The position numbers and the translations under genes are program-made. From Candidatus Baldrarchaeum yapensis (lineage in GTDB: Archaea; Asgardarchaeota; Baldrarchaeia; Baldrarchaeales; Baldrarchaeaceae), in the NCBI GenBank assembly GCA_016840465.1, contig JAEOSH010000002.1, positions 72,730-104,729 of the forward strand: a DNA stretch of 32,000 nt, in the 5' to 3' direction. Below the pieces are notes generated by a model. The model was not told where the DNA came from and ran no database searches. It was given only the letters and a program-made list of their open reading frames with translations. Below are positions 1 through 9,724 of the stretch, piece by piece; position 1 is the first letter of the stretch, and each line of letters opens with the position of its first letter.

Positions 1-559
1 CTACGTCTCCTGATTCCAAAATTTCCCTATCAGGACTTTTTGAAGTCTTTGCTGTTCCTCTTATAGAATACTCCATCAGCATTTTTCTCATCATAGCTGC
101 AAGTTCGCCACTTCTGCTTATAGGTTCGTCTAGTATTATTGTTGCCGTTTTCGGTTGTAGTTCTTTTATTGCTAGGATCATGAGCAGAAGCGCTCTTTTT
201 GTTGCCTCAGAAATTCTGTACTTTCGAAATACACCTGCAATGTCGCGTATAAAACCGTCATCGCATAAGAGGAGGAGCCTGCCGAGCAAAAAGCTTTCTA
301 TGGTTATTAAGACATTATATCCGTCTACTGATAACGTGTACCTTGGTAGTGTGGATGGAGAGACCTTTTTTATAATCCTCATTCGCGCTATTCTGAACGG
401 AAAAACTGCACGTAAGAGTATATAACGCTCATTTTCGGATAGACGATAATGTTCACTTACTATTCTTAAAGCTACATGTTGCTTATATCCTCTATGCAAT
501 AAATATCTATAATCTTTTGCAGCCTCAATAAGTCTTGCGGGTGAAAAAATTTCAGACAC
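1..559 (-). CDS. DUF434-family protein (3' end truncated by the window edge; not in the ORF track)
   Basis: Manual translation from GTG at 559 (GGTGA SD upstream) gives MSEIFSPARLIEAAKDYRYLLHRGY...HYRLSENERYILLRAVF...SVDGYNVLITIES...LCDDGFIRDIAG...ILDEPISRSGELA. The frame is open to base 2. Motifs recognised from memory as DUF434. Confidence 0.75.
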   Translation of the reverse strand, partial: MSEIFSPARLIEAAKDYRYLLHRGYKQHVALRIVSEHYRLSENERYILLRAVFPFRIARMRIIKKVSPSTLPRYTLSVDGYNVLITIESFLLGRLLLLCDDGFIRDIAGVFRKYRISEATKRALLLMILAIKELQPKTATIILDEPISRSGELAAMMRKMLMEYSIRGTAKTSKSPDREILESGDV

Positions 560-599
560 CAGTAAATCACCAAGATGAGTGGGAAAGATGAAAAATACC

Positions 600-917
600 T
601 TAACCGAATAGCGCTCCAAGCCCTGTAATCTCTTCCTCTTCCTTCTTCTCTTCTTTTTCCTTCTTTTCCTCTTCTGCCTTTGCCGGAGCTTTTTCTTCTT
701 CAGCAGGAGCAGAAGGCGCAGTAGATGCGATGGGAGCGACAAAAGATGCGCTCTTTATGGCCTCTTCTATGTTTATCTCACCTATTGCTGCGACGAAGGC
801 CTTTATCCTAGCAGCATCCGCCGATATGCCTGCGGCTTCGAGGACCTTTCTGAGGTTTTCTTCATTTATTTCCTTTCCGGCCCGATGCAATAGCAGTGTT
901 GCATACACATATTCCAT
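600..917 (-). CDS. rpl12: 50S ribosomal stalk protein P1 (aL12)
   Basis: [12 protein letters not shown]-terminus, Ala/Pro hinge and acidic tail ending GLGALFG. GGAGGTG SD upstream of ATG 917. Confidence 0.97.
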   Translation of the reverse strand: MEYVYATLLLHRAGKEINEENLRKVLEAAGISADAARIKAFVAAIGEINIEEAIKSASFVAPIASTAPSAPAEEEKAPAKAEEEKKEKEEKKEEEEITGLGALFG

Positions 918-938
918 TGCATGCACACCTCCTTAACA

Positions 939-1970
939 TTAACCAAACAATGCACCTAACCCTGTTATTTCTTCTTCCTCTTTCTTTTCCTCTTCCTCTT
1001 TGACTTCTTCCTCCTTTATTTCTTTTTCTCTTTTAACCTCTTCGACCGGGGAAGGTGCCTCTACCGCAATCTCCTCAGGTATCAACTCGGGGTTGCGTTC
1101 CTTTATTTTCAGTGCGAGTGATCTAGCCTCCATATCGGCTTTTGCAAAGAGTTGTTGCAGAACCTCCGGAACCGGTAGGGCTACCGATAATGCAAGACTG
1201 TAAGCTTCCATATGGGCCTTCTGGAGAAGTGCAGGCATGATTTCACTGATCGGCAGTGCTGCGTTCAAAGCCAAGTTTAGGGCTTCTTGTTCAGCTTGAG
1301 AAATCATTTCTTTGAACTTATCGATATTAGGGAGAAGATCTTCGCCCTTTAGTATTATCCCGTCATCATATGCTGCATGCATGGTCAATCCTACGGTTAT
1401 TGGTTCGATTCCCAGTCTTGAGAGAATTATGGCAACTTTTCTAGAAATCCTCTCTCCTGCTTTTACAACTACAGTGTCTTTGGTGACCCATATGGTTCCT
1501 GATTCCACCCTAGTGGGTATCCCTAGTTCACTGAGTTCGCTTATCACAGGTCCTGGGGGTATCCCCGTGTTTCCGGCTGGAACTATAATGTCATTCGGAG
1601 CAATTTGGCCTGCCTTCGCCGGCGCGCGCATCTTGTTCTTTTCTAGAAATAAATTGAGTTTCACGGGATTCTCGTTTGTTAATATAAGTGCGGTTTGACC
1701 TCTTACTTCATCTGCAAGTTTCGATATTCCCTGTTTAAACTGTTCAGCCCTTCTTAAGGCTATCTTTATGAATGTGTTCTTCGATACTTTAATGATCGCC
1801 TTATCTCTGAGTGCAAACCTTAATTTTTGTAATTGAGCGGCACCTATTCCTTCGATCTTAGTAATACCTACAGCCTTGAACTTCTTAATTAGTTCCAACA
1901 ACTCCCTTACCTTTTCTACTTTCCTCTTCGGAACTGGCCTGCCTTGCCGCGTTAATTCTACCTGTTGCAT
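939..1970 (-). CDS. rplP0: 50S ribosomal protein uL10/P0
   Basis: KVSKNT, PAKAGQIAP-DI-VPAGNTG-PPGP motifs and GLGALFG tail. Start moved to ATG 1970 (GGTGA SD). Confidence 0.97.
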   Translation of the reverse strand: MQQVELTRQGRPVPKRKVEKVRELLELIKKFKAVGITKIEGIGAAQLQKLRFALRDKAIIKVSKNTFIKIALRRAEQFKQGISKLADEVRGQTALILTNENPVKLNLFLEKNKMRAPAKAGQIAPNDIIVPAGNTGIPPGPVISELSELGIPTRVESGTIWVTKDTVVVKAGERISRKVAIILSRLGIEPITVGLTMHAAYDDGIILKGEDLLPNIDKFKEMISQAEQEALNLALNAALPISEIMPALLQKAHMEAYSLALSVALPVPEVLQQLFAKADMEARSLALKIKERNPELIPEEIAVEAPSPVEEVKREKEIKEEEVKEEEEKKEEEEITGLGALFG

Positions 1971-1975
1971 TCCTA

Positions 1976-2629
1976 TCACCTCAGCCTAACCTCCACTGTG
2001 GGACTCATCGTAAACTTCAAATGCACGGATTTGAGATGTTCACGCCCGCGCTCAAGTTTTTCTAGAACAAAATCCACCACAGCCTTGGCGTTTTCTGCTA
2101 GTTCCCTATCATCCATGTCCTCCGTTCCCACTTTAGTATTAATTATGGGATTATTTCGCATTTTTATCTTCGTCATCCTCTGAAATCTTTCAACTATCGA
2201 CTTAATGTCCGCCGTTGGTGGAATGGGAGTTGGCATTTTTCCACGTGGGCCAAGGAATCTACCTAAGATCCTACCGACAAGTGGCATAAGATCCGTTTGT
2301 GCAACGAAGAAATCAAATTGCTTAGCCAATTTCTTTATGGCTTTCTTATTACCTTCTAAAGCCACCAAATCATCCCTTGTTATCACATGGGCATTTGTTT
2401 CTCTTTTTGCACGAAGCGCCAGATCTCCCTCTGCTATAACACAAACCTTTATTGGCTTCTTTATCGGGTGGGGGAGTACCACGTTTGCAGTGATCCTGTT
2501 CTCTGGCTTATTTAGGTCTATTCCCTTAAATGACATGAGTATTTCAAGAGATTGTTTAAATCTCCTCTTCTTATTCACTTCTCTTAGTTTCCTTATTGCC
2601 TCTAAGAAATTTTCAAGCGGTATGGACAT
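1976..2629 (-). CDS. rpl1: 50S ribosomal protein uL1
   Basis: RRFKQS, FDFFVA, LGRFLGPRGKMP and TMSP motifs; position in the L11-L1-L10-L12 operon. Confidence 0.97.
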   Translation of the reverse strand: MSIPLENFLEAIRKLREVNKKRRFKQSLEILMSFKGIDLNKPENRITANVVLPHPIKKPIKVCVIAEGDLALRAKRETNAHVITRDDLVALEGNKKAIKKLAKQFDFFVAQTDLMPLVGRILGRFLGPRGKMPTPIPPTADIKSIVERFQRMTKIKMRNNPIINTKVGTEDMDDRELAENAKAVVDFVLEKLERGREHLKSVHLKFTMSPTVEVRLR

Positions 2630-2632
2630 CAA

Positions 2633-3121
2633 TTATTCCTCCTTTAACAGATGATCCCACAGTCCTTCATCAATTTCCTTTTGAACGACTTTCGGATGTT
2701 TGCCCTCAACAGTGACCCCCATACTAACACAGGTCCCAAGTATCGTCTTAACAGCAGCTTTTAGACTGTACACGAACATATCCTTCATCTTCATCTTCGC
2801 TATTTTTATCACTTGTTCCATTTTAAGGTCTCCTATAATCTCGGACCCGGTGCGCCCACTACCCTTCTCCTTCTTTAGTTCCTTCAGTATGAGTGCACTT
2901 GCTGGCGGGGTACCTATCTCTACCCAGAACTCTTTAGTCTCTTTATCCACCGTCACTTTAACTGGAACTTTCATCCCAGCAAATTCCTTTGTTAGTTCAT
3001 TTATCTTCTGAACAACCTGATACAGGTTGACCCCTGTTGGGCCGAGGGCGGGACCGAGAGGAGGGCCTGCAGATGCCTTTCCTCCTTCCACTAATAACTC
3101 CACCGTTACCTTCTGGCCCAT
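2633..3121 (-). CDS. rpl11: 50S ribosomal protein uL11
   Basis: [16 protein letters not shown] and [12 protein letters not shown] motifs. ATG overlaps the spt5 stop (TGATG). Confidence 0.97.
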   Translation of the reverse strand: MGQKVTVELLVEGGKASAGPPLGPALGPTGVNLYQVVQKINELTKEFAGMKVPVKVTVDKETKEFWVEIGTPPASALILKELKKEKGSGRTGSEIIGDLKMEQVIKIAKMKMKDMFVYSLKAAVKTILGTCVSMGVTVEGKHPKVVQKEIDEGLWDHLLKEE

Positions 3122-3603
3122 CACGTACCACCTCCACTTTCAGATCTGACGACTTTGATTACATCTATATGGACCCTAAGTGGTATTGGGGACGCAGATG
3201 TCAAGAGTTCCACGACGGCCTCTTCCTTATCTGTATCAACCTTAATTACTCTAGCACGCTCGCCTCTAAATGGGCCGCTTGTTATTTCAACAATATCCCC
3301 AGATTTTATAGGTGTTATTGCTGTTTTTGGAACTAAAAATTGCTCTAATTGTTCGATCGGAATTTTTCCTATCGCGCGTCCTTTCACATGGGGAATGCCA
3401 AATGTTATTCTCCTTATTGTCTCCTTATTATCCGCCTCTATAAAAATAAATCCTCTAATCCCATCGGGAATCAAAATTGATGCTATGGGTTCTTTCCTCT
3501 CTCGTGCCCTTCTATAAATTATAGATGCAACTATTCGCTCCTGTCCAGCGGTCGTTCTGATCGCAAAAATTCCCATCTTTCTTCTCTCTTCGCTTTTACT
3601 CAT
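3121..3603 (-). CDS. spt5: Transcription elongation factor Spt5 (NusG family)
   Basis: NGN domain ([17 protein letters not shown]) plus KOW motif ([18 protein letters not shown]). Confidence 0.96.
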   Translation of the reverse strand: MSKSEERRKMGIFAIRTTAGQERIVASIIYRRARERKEPIASILIPDGIRGFIFIEADNKETIRRITFGIPHVKGRAIGKIPIEQLEQFLVPKTAITPIKSGDIVEITSGPFRGERARVIKVDTDKEEAVVELLTSASPIPLRVHIDVIKVVRSESGGGT

Positions 3604-3604
3604 G

Positions 3605-3787
3605 TCATACACCCGTTAAAAGAGCAAATAGTAGTCTGATCGCAAAGGCTATTAGTCCTAAGATTATCAGCCCAAGTGCGGAGATCCTTAATCCTATTTT
3701 TAACTCTTCACCCGATGGCTTTTTAGCCATTCTCAATACACGCCTTAAGTCCTCAAAGAAGCTTTTTATCTTCATCATTATCATCAC
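3605..3787 (-). CDS. secE: Protein translocase SecE / Sec61-gamma (exact start Met uncertain)
   Basis: RVLRMAKKPSGEE followed by one transmembrane helix; located between ftsZ and spt5. Confidence 0.93.
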   Translation of the reverse strand: MMIMMKIKSFFEDLRRVLRMAKKPSGEELKIGLRISALGLIILGLIAFAIRLLFALLTGV

Positions 3788-3911
3788 GCGCCAGAGGGAA
3801 GATCGATTTGCGTGTGAGCATTCAGAATAAATTCATTACGTCTGCTGTGCCAACTCCCTTAAAAATTTATTTATTAGGAAATTTACGCGATGAAAAGAAA
3901 CACCAAGGATG

Positions 3912-4997
3912 CTAAAAGCCTCCGGGCAACTCGACCTCGTGTGCGTTTAGATGCTCCAGGAGTTTGACCATGTACGAGGAATCTATACCCGATGCTATTA
4001 ACGTTATTCTCACAAATCTTTCAAGTGAGGGCTCTATAATAGCACCCCACTTTATTTCTGCCTCAGGATCTATCATCGACGATATCCTTTCTATGATTAT
4101 CTGCACATCCTTAAGTGTCAGGTCCGGCCCACCTGTTATGTTTATAAGTGCACCACGCGCACCACTTATGTCAACATCCAACAGGGGGTTGTATATTACT
4201 TTCTCGACGGCCTCCGTTGACCGGTTTTCTCCTTCACTTTCTCCGACTGAAATTAGTGAGAGTCCTGCATCTTCCAATATTGTTCTCACATCGGCAAAAT
4301 CAACATTTACAAGCCCTGGTTTGGTTACAAGTTCCGTAATTCCCTTTACTGCGCTTATCAATATCTCGTCTGCAAGGAGGAAAGCCTGAGAAATCGTGAG
4401 ATCGGGATTTATGGACAATAATCTGTCATTTGGTATTGCAATAACCGTATCACATATCTTTACCAATTTCTTCAATCCCGACATTGCATTTAACAAGCGC
4501 TTCTTGCCCTCTACTTTAAATGGCAGTGTGCAAACAGCCACTGTTAATGCTCCTTGATCCTTCGCAGCCCTCGCAACGATGGGTGAGGCTCCCGTTCCGG
4601 TTCCACCCCCTAGGCCACACGTTATAAACACAAGATCTGCACTTACGAGTTCTTTTATTCTGTCAAAGTCTTCTAAGGCTGCAGCTTCACCTATCGACGG
4701 GTCGTTCCCGGCGCCCAATCCGCCAGTTATCTCCTTACCTATTAGCAATTTTCTATCAGCCTTTGCTGATAAGAGGTCTTGAACATCTGTGTTTATAGCA
4801 AGCGTTTCCACACCATCTATTCCCAGTTCCTTTAACCTAGTTACAGTGTTGTTTCCAGCACCTCCCACTCCAGCCACTAATATCCTAGATCGCATACTCC
4901 TCAGTATTTTCTCAAGCTCCTCATCAGAGTACCATGACCTGCTTTCCACATCTCTGCGCTCATTGGTATCAAGTAAACCCTCCGCTATGTGATCCAT
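3912..4997 (-). CDS. ftsZ: Cell division protein FtsZ (FtsZ1-like)
   Basis: GVGGAGNN, GLGGGTGTG tubulin signature and NVDFADV T7 loop. Start at ATG 4997 after a GGTGA SD. Confidence 0.97.
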   Translation of the reverse strand: MDHIAEGLLDTNERRDVESRSWYSDEELEKILRSMRSRILVAGVGGAGNNTVTRLKELGIDGVETLAINTDVQDLLSAKADRKLLIGKEITGGLGAGNDPSIGEAAALEDFDRIKELVSADLVFITCGLGGGTGTGASPIVARAAKDQGALTVAVCTLPFKVEGKKRLLNAMSGLKKLVKICDTVIAIPNDRLLSINPDLTISQAFLLADEILISAVKGITELVTKPGLVNVDFADVRTILEDAGLSLISVGESEGENRSTEAVEKVIYNPLLDVDISGARGALINITGGPDLTLKDVQIIIERISSMIDPEAEIKWGAIIEPSLERFVRITLIASGIDSSYMVKLLEHLNAHEVELPGGF

Positions 4998-5089
4998 TAT
5001 GGTCACCCTCGAGAATTCAGAATAAAAAGTAGGGCGCTTCTTTTACAACTGTGTACTCTTTTGGTGATACGATGATGAGGATCAAAATA

Positions 5090-6022
5090 TTATATAAGGA
5101 GCGCTAGCAACGCCTTTTCCGTATGAAGTCGGTTCTCTGCTTGATCCCACACGACCGAGTGCACGGGGTCATCTATAACTTCGGGTGCAACTTCCTCTCC
5201 TCTGTGAGCGGGAAGGCAATGCATAAAGATGAAGTCTTTCTTCGCATGTGATACGAGTTCTTTATTAACTTGCCAACCTTCAAAGTCCTTCTTTCGTTTT
5301 TCCGTCTCATGTTCCATGCCCATTGATACGAAGACATCAGTATAAATGACGTCCGCGTTTTCAACAGCCTCTATGGGATCATTTGTTATTACGACCTGCG
5401 AACCACTATGTGATGCGTTCTCCATTGTCCATTCTATTACGAATTCTTTTGGCTCATAGCCCTTAGGGGTTGCCACCGCAATATCTGCACCAAGTTTTGA
5501 GCACGCTATCATCAACGAGTGACAAACATTGTTTCCATCGCCCACGAATGCCACCTTGACTCCTTTCAATCTACCTTTCTTCTCAATTATTGTCATGATG
5601 TCTGCTAGTGCTTGGCAAGGATGGAATAAGTCACTTAACGCATTTATTACCGGAACCGTTGCGAATTCCGCAAGTTCCTCTAAATCTTTATGATCATATA
5701 CTCTAGCGACTATTCCGTGAACGTATCTACTCAATACTCGTGCAGTATCGGATATTAGTTCTCCTCTTCTCAGTTGCAAATCGTCCCATCGAAGATAGAG
5801 AGCCGTGCCACCTAATTCATACATTGCAACCTCAAAACTGACTCTTGTACGCGTTGATGGTTTTTGGAATATCATTGCGATCGTCTTATTACGTAAAGGC
5901 TTTCTAAACTCGCCATACGCTCTTTCCCTTTTAAACTCAAACGATGATTGGAGAATGAACTGTATCTCTTCAGGAGAGTAATCTTGAAGTGTCAGGAAGT
6001 CTCTACCACGAATATTTGCCAT
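5090..6022 (-). CDS. argF: Ornithine carbamoyltransferase
   Basis: STRTRVSF carbamoyl-phosphate site, HPCQ, YTDVFVSMG and HCLP motifs. Confidence 0.93.
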   Translation of the reverse strand: MANIRGRDFLTLQDYSPEEIQFILQSSFEFKRERAYGEFRKPLRNKTIAMIFQKPSTRTRVSFEVAMYELGGTALYLRWDDLQLRRGELISDTARVLSRYVHGIVARVYDHKDLEELAEFATVPVINALSDLFHPCQALADIMTIIEKKGRLKGVKVAFVGDGNNVCHSLMIACSKLGADIAVATPKGYEPKEFVIEWTMENASHSGSQVVITNDPIEAVENADVIYTDVFVSMGMEHETEKRKKDFEGWQVNKELVSHAKKDFIFMHCLPAHRGEEVAPEVIDDPVHSVVWDQAENRLHTEKALLALLI

Positions 6023-6034
6023 AAAATTCACCCC

Positions 6035-6946
6035 TTATAACCCACTAAGAATGTTGTTAACGAACCATTCTGGGTCGAACTCTTTAAGATCATCGAGCGA
6101 GGTTCCCGTTCCTATAAATATTATGGGTTTTCCGGTAACATGAACTATCGAAATTGAAGACCCACCTTTTACATCGGCGTCAACTTTTGTTAATATTGAA
6201 CAATCTATTCCTACTGCCTCGTGGAACTTTTGGGCCTGTTCGAAAGCGTCGTTGCCGGCCAGTGCATCCCCAACGAATATTGTAAGATCTGGTTCGACCA
6301 CCCTTGCTATTTTCTTCATCTCATCCATCAAATTTTTATCTGTTTGAACTCGCCCAGCAGTGTCTATTAGTACCGCATCTATTCCTTTCGCCTTTGCATG
6401 CATTACAGCGTCATAGGCGACGGCGGCCGGATCCGCCCCATATTGATGTTTTATGACCCTAACACCGACCCTTTTTGCCAATTTTTCCAACTGTTCTATT
6501 GAGCCCGCCCGGAACGTATCTGCTGCTGCAAGAACGACAGAGTATCCATGCTTTTTGAGGAGATTCGCAAGTTTGGCTATCGTAGTTGTTTTTCCTGTCC
6601 CATTAAATCCCACAAATAACATAACCGTTGGTTTTCCCATTTTTCGATTTTTCTCAAGCATTTCAAAAATATCAACCTTAGAAGGAGGATTTAGAATCTT
6701 TAATAACGTATTTCTTAACACATCAAGAACCAACTTTCGCGGGTTTTCAAGAATTCCTATTTTCTTTCCCACGAGAGTCTCTTTTATCTTTTCGGCCAAC
6801 TCTTCAGCGACTGGTAGTGCCACATCTGCGCTTACAAGTGCAAGTTTAAAGTCCCATAATATTTCATCGAGAGACTCTTCGCTGAGCGTTTTTTTGGTGA
6901 CTTTTTCCAAGAGCTTGCCTATGCTCCTTTTGAGCTTTTCAAACAA
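6035..6946 (-). CDS. ftsY: SRP receptor FtsY (NG domain only)
   Basis: GFNGTGKTTT, AADTFRAG, DTAGR and TKVD motifs. Likely TTG start (M-FEKLK) 6 nt after GGGTG. Confidence 0.96.
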   Translation of the reverse strand: MFEKLKRSIGKLLEKVTKKTLSEESLDEILWDFKLALVSADVALPVAEELAEKIKETLVGKKIGILENPRKLVLDVLRNTLLKILNPPSKVDIFEMLEKNRKMGKPTVMLFVGFNGTGKTTTIAKLANLLKKHGYSVVLAAADTFRAGSIEQLEKLAKRVGVRVIKHQYGADPAAVAYDAVMHAKAKGIDAVLIDTAGRVQTDKNLMDEMKKIARVVEPDLTIFVGDALAGNDAFEQAQKFHEAVGIDCSILTKVDADVKGGSSISIVHVTGKPIIFIGTGTSLDDLKEFDPEWFVNNILSGL

Positions 6947-6959
6947 CGTATACACCCGT

Positions 6960-7412
6960 TTATTGCCCTTTCTGTTGTACTCTTTGCTGTTGCAGTTTTT
7001 CGGCTATTGATTGTATCTGTCTTTGCAATTCTGACATCCGTGCAAGCAGTTGAGCAAGCAGATTTTCCCTCTGCATTTTTATGTTTTGGAGTTCTGCAAT
7101 CCTATTTTCGATAAATTGTTTTGCTTGCTCAATGGGCTTCAGTATTGCAACATTTGCTCCAACATTTATTATCACGTTCTCGTGGTCCACCAGTTTTGCT
7201 TTGAGAAAAGCTCGGCCACCTATGGGTATTAATATTTCGTCCCTTCCCTCTCCTCTTATAATCCCCTCTAAAGTCTCCGCTGTTATCCTCAACTGATCTA
7301 TCGATGCACCAACTATATACAATTCCTGCTGTATTAAATCTGCTTGAGCCTTATAGAAATTATACTCCATAATCAATTTCTGAAGTGTGTTTTCGCTAAC
7401 CTCTTCAGCCAT
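6960..7412 (-). CDS. pfdA: Prefoldin alpha subunit
   Basis: Coiled coils flanking EILIPIGGRAF...VIINVGANV beta-hairpins; canonical position upstream of ftsY. Confidence 0.93.
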   Translation of the reverse strand: MAEEVSENTLQKLIMEYNFYKAQADLIQQELYIVGASIDQLRITAETLEGIIRGEGRDEILIPIGGRAFLKAKLVDHENVIINVGANVAILKPIEQAKQFIENRIAELQNIKMQRENLLAQLLARMSELQRQIQSIAEKLQQQRVQQKGQ

Positions 7413-7417
7413 TTGTA

Positions 7418-7669
7418 TTACCTCATTATTTTGTCTGTCTTGCAGAAGAACCTTACTATTGGATCCTCTACCTCCTCAGGAGATATCTCCGTCACATTTG
7501 ATATTTTTATTGCCCGTCGTTTGACGCGGTGATCACTTCCTATTTTCGACAAAACATATTCTATTGCGTGTTCTTTTTTCAATGCACGTACCTCTTTGAC
7601 GAATCTCACTATATCACCGTTGTTTCTGAAATATCCTTCTATCCTGAATACTTTGGGATGCTCCTCCAA
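7418..7669 (-). CDS. rpl18a: 50S ribosomal protein eL20 (L18a/LX)
   Basis: KVFRIEG...KEVRAL...AIEYVLSKIGSDHRVKRRAIKI; TTG start; located between eIF6 and pfdA. Confidence 0.92.
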   Translation of the reverse strand: MEEHPKVFRIEGYFRNNGDIVRFVKEVRALKKEHAIEYVLSKIGSDHRVKRRAIKISNVTEISPEEVEDPIVRFFCKTDKIMR

Positions 7670-7680
7670 GGAGCAACACC

Positions 7681-8352
7681 TCAGACGCCGAGGGTTTCAC
7701 TAATCCTTACCATTTCGTGATATGTAGTGTTTAATCCCACAGCGGCGCCCTTCGAGTTTGCAATCATTCCCGCACCTACAAATGGCATACCATGGTTAAC
7801 GGTGCCGATACCTATAGGGACTTTAAATATAGATGATATCCACTCTATCTCCTCATCCGAGAACATTGGATTTAATAATATTCCCTTATTGGTTGCAACC
7901 CCACAAGATCCAACAAGAGGGATCGTGTAATTTTCTCTCCTTAATACTTCAACATCCAGTACATCGGCTATTATCCTAATGGCTTTAAAATCAAACTCGG
8001 GATGCACAATCGCATGTTTATCATTTGTAAGTATAAGGTTACCTAGTGCCGTTAACTTTGACGGCAACCTTTCGATATTGACATCACCACCGAGTTTCTC
8101 ATGTAGCTGCCTTATCTCATCATCACTCGCATAATATGGAACCAGTATTCCTTTGGAATTAGCAGATACAAGAACGCCAATTAACGTACTATCGCCTATC
8201 TTCGCCTTTATAACCGGAACATCCAACGTTCTTTCTAGAGATTCTACTATTTTTTCCTCAGCATCAAATCTTACAAGAACAAATTTGTCTGTTGCGACTG
8301 CAAATACTCCGATATTAACATTGCCATTTATGTCTATTCGTATGATCGCCAA
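7681..8352 (-). CDS. eif6: Translation initiation factor aIF6
   Basis: NIGVF, TALGNLILTND, VGSCGVATNKG and GTVNHG repeats; TTG start after GGGTGAG. Confidence 0.96.
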   Translation of the reverse strand: MAIIRIDINGNVNIGVFAVATDKFVLVRFDAEEKIVESLERTLDVPVIKAKIGDSTLIGVLVSANSKGILVPYYASDDEIRQLHEKLGGDVNIERLPSKLTALGNLILTNDKHAIVHPEFDFKAIRIIADVLDVEVLRRENYTIPLVGSCGVATNKGILLNPMFSDEEIEWISSIFKVPIGIGTVNHGMPFVGAGMIANSKGAAVGLNTTYHEMVRISETLGV

Positions 8353-8356
8353 ATTC

Positions 8357-8647
8357 TCACCCTTCGGCTAAGTAAACTGTCACGACATCGTCCTCTGTTT
8401 TCTGAGCTCTGACCTTTATCTTCCGTGGAGGCTTCTGAATACCTCTCTCCCATATTTTCTCGTTTAACTTTGTGTCTATTTTCACTTCTTTAGCTTTCAT
8501 ATGCCTCTTTATAAATTCTTTTATCGCATTTATTGCCTTCTTCGCTCTCTTTCTTCTAGAAACACATATGAATTTTTTCGCAAGGGGAATCACATATATT
8601 CTTTCCTCTTTGACAACCTCTGCTCCCGCGGACCCCGCTTCTTCCAT
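8357..8647 (-). CDS. rpl31e: 50S ribosomal protein eL31
   Basis: [15 protein letters not shown] and [19 protein letters not shown] motifs. Confidence 0.96.
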   Translation of the reverse strand: MEEAGSAGAEVVKEERIYVIPLAKKFICVSRRKRAKKAINAIKEFIKRHMKAKEVKIDTKLNEKIWERGIQKPPRKIKVRAQKTEDDVVTVYLAEG

Positions 8648-8664
8648 ATTTTTTCACCCTAAAG

Positions 8665-8820
8665 TTAGAGTTTTAGTCTTTTTCGCCTCCAATGTCTTCT
8701 TTTGGGATGTGTCCTGACCCTTCCCTTCGTTCTTACGATAACCCATAATGGGACACTTCTATTTGATTTTAAAGCGCTTGCAAGTCGTAATTTTTTTCCT
8801 AAAGGTTTTGCTCGAGCCAT
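8665..8820 (-). CDS. rpl39e: 50S ribosomal protein eL39 (51 aa; not in the ORF track)
   Basis: Manual translation: [51 protein letters not shown]. Confidence 0.97.
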   Translation of the reverse strand: MARAKPLGKKLRLASALKSNRSVPLWVIVRTKGRVRTHPKRRHWRRKRLKL

Positions 8821-8832
8821 TATGACACCTTC

Positions 8833-9168
8833 CTACCTAAATTTTATTTTCGGCTCACGTCTTGTACTATACAATCTTTTGAGGATTTCTTTCAACATGT
8901 CATCGGTTATAGGTAGCTGAACTCTTCCAGTCTGGGCAAGCCTTATCAATTCTAACTCCAGTTGTTCTGCAAATGTTGGCCGCACCATTTTTATCCTTGT
9001 TAATCTTTCTCTAGCATCGGGCGTGAGAATCCTTCGAAGAATTGCTGCCTTCTGCTCTTCCATTTGTCTTCGCAGTTCTTCCCTTCTACGTGCTTCTTCC
9101 AACTCCCTTTGCAACTCAAGTAATCTTCTTCTTCTAAGAGCCTCCAACTCGGCATCCTCTTCCAACAT
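8833..9168 (-). CDS. PDCD5-like DNA-binding protein
   Basis: ELEALRRRRLLELQ...ILRRILTPDARERLTRIKMVRP...ITDDMLKEIL; canonical position after S19e. Confidence 0.92.
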   Translation of the reverse strand: MLEEDAELEALRRRRLLELQRELEEARRREELRRQMEEQKAAILRRILTPDARERLTRIKMVRPTFAEQLELELIRLAQTGRVQLPITDDMLKEILKRLYSTRREPKIKFR

Positions 9169-9192
9169 AACCGCCTCTCATCACGTACTTTC

Positions 9193-9654
9193 TTAATATT
9201 TTGTAAGTGCTGGTATTTGTTTTTGCAGTTTTATTTTTATTTCATGTGCCAGTTTGTCGAGGAGAGATCTACCCATATTTGTGAGTCTTCTTCCCTCTTT
9301 CGGAACCTTTTCGACTAGTCCCACCGCTTCTAGTTGTTGCAGAGCCTTTCTGATTATGGACCCACTACCTTTGTAGAAATGCTCAGGGCATGCACCATTG
9401 TTTTTGCGACCACCATACATGTTCCTAAGGCGCGATACGCCTATTGGACCATGGATGTATAGTTTTCTCAGGAGAGATGCACACCTAACGTACCACCAGT
9501 CTGGATCAGTGGGCGCTCTTTCCTTGTGTACGCCGGTTTTAACGAAATTTGCCCATGGTGGGGGTTTTATCTTGGGACTTTTCTTCAACTCCTCGGCAAC
9601 TCTCTTAATGAGGAGATCTGCTGGTACATCATATACCGTTGTCACGGCACTCAC
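9193..9654 (-). CDS. rps19e: 30S ribosomal protein eS19 (GTG start at 9654 or 9645)
   Basis: [26 protein letters not shown] and [14 protein letters not shown] motifs. Confidence 0.97.
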   Translation of the reverse strand: MSAVTTVYDVPADLLIKRVAEELKKSPKIKPPPWANFVKTGVHKERAPTDPDWWYVRCASLLRKLYIHGPIGVSRLRNMYGGRKNNGACPEHFYKGSGSIIRKALQQLEAVGLVEKVPKEGRRLTNMGRSLLDKLAHEIKIKLQKQIPALTKY

Positions 9655-9724
9655 GCCCTTGAGATGATTACTTTCTGAAGGTTATCATTAATTTCAACTA
9701 AAATTTTTTGTCATCGGAAGTTCC

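Noticed and set aside
180-425. 81-aa plus-strand ORF in the track
   Set aside because: Antisense shadow of the DUF434 gene, which has recognisable motifs and an SD.
3770-5080. Perfect C-box-like RTGATGA motifs at the secE start (minus) and at 5072-5078 (plus)
   Set aside because: No properly spaced CTGA D box; the secE copies are explained by Met codons.
9655-9724. Spacer where a YhbY gene often sits; weak C/D-like motifs
   Set aside because: Only 70 nt, no ORF, and box spacing is wrong. YhbY absence is too variable across archaea to be informative.
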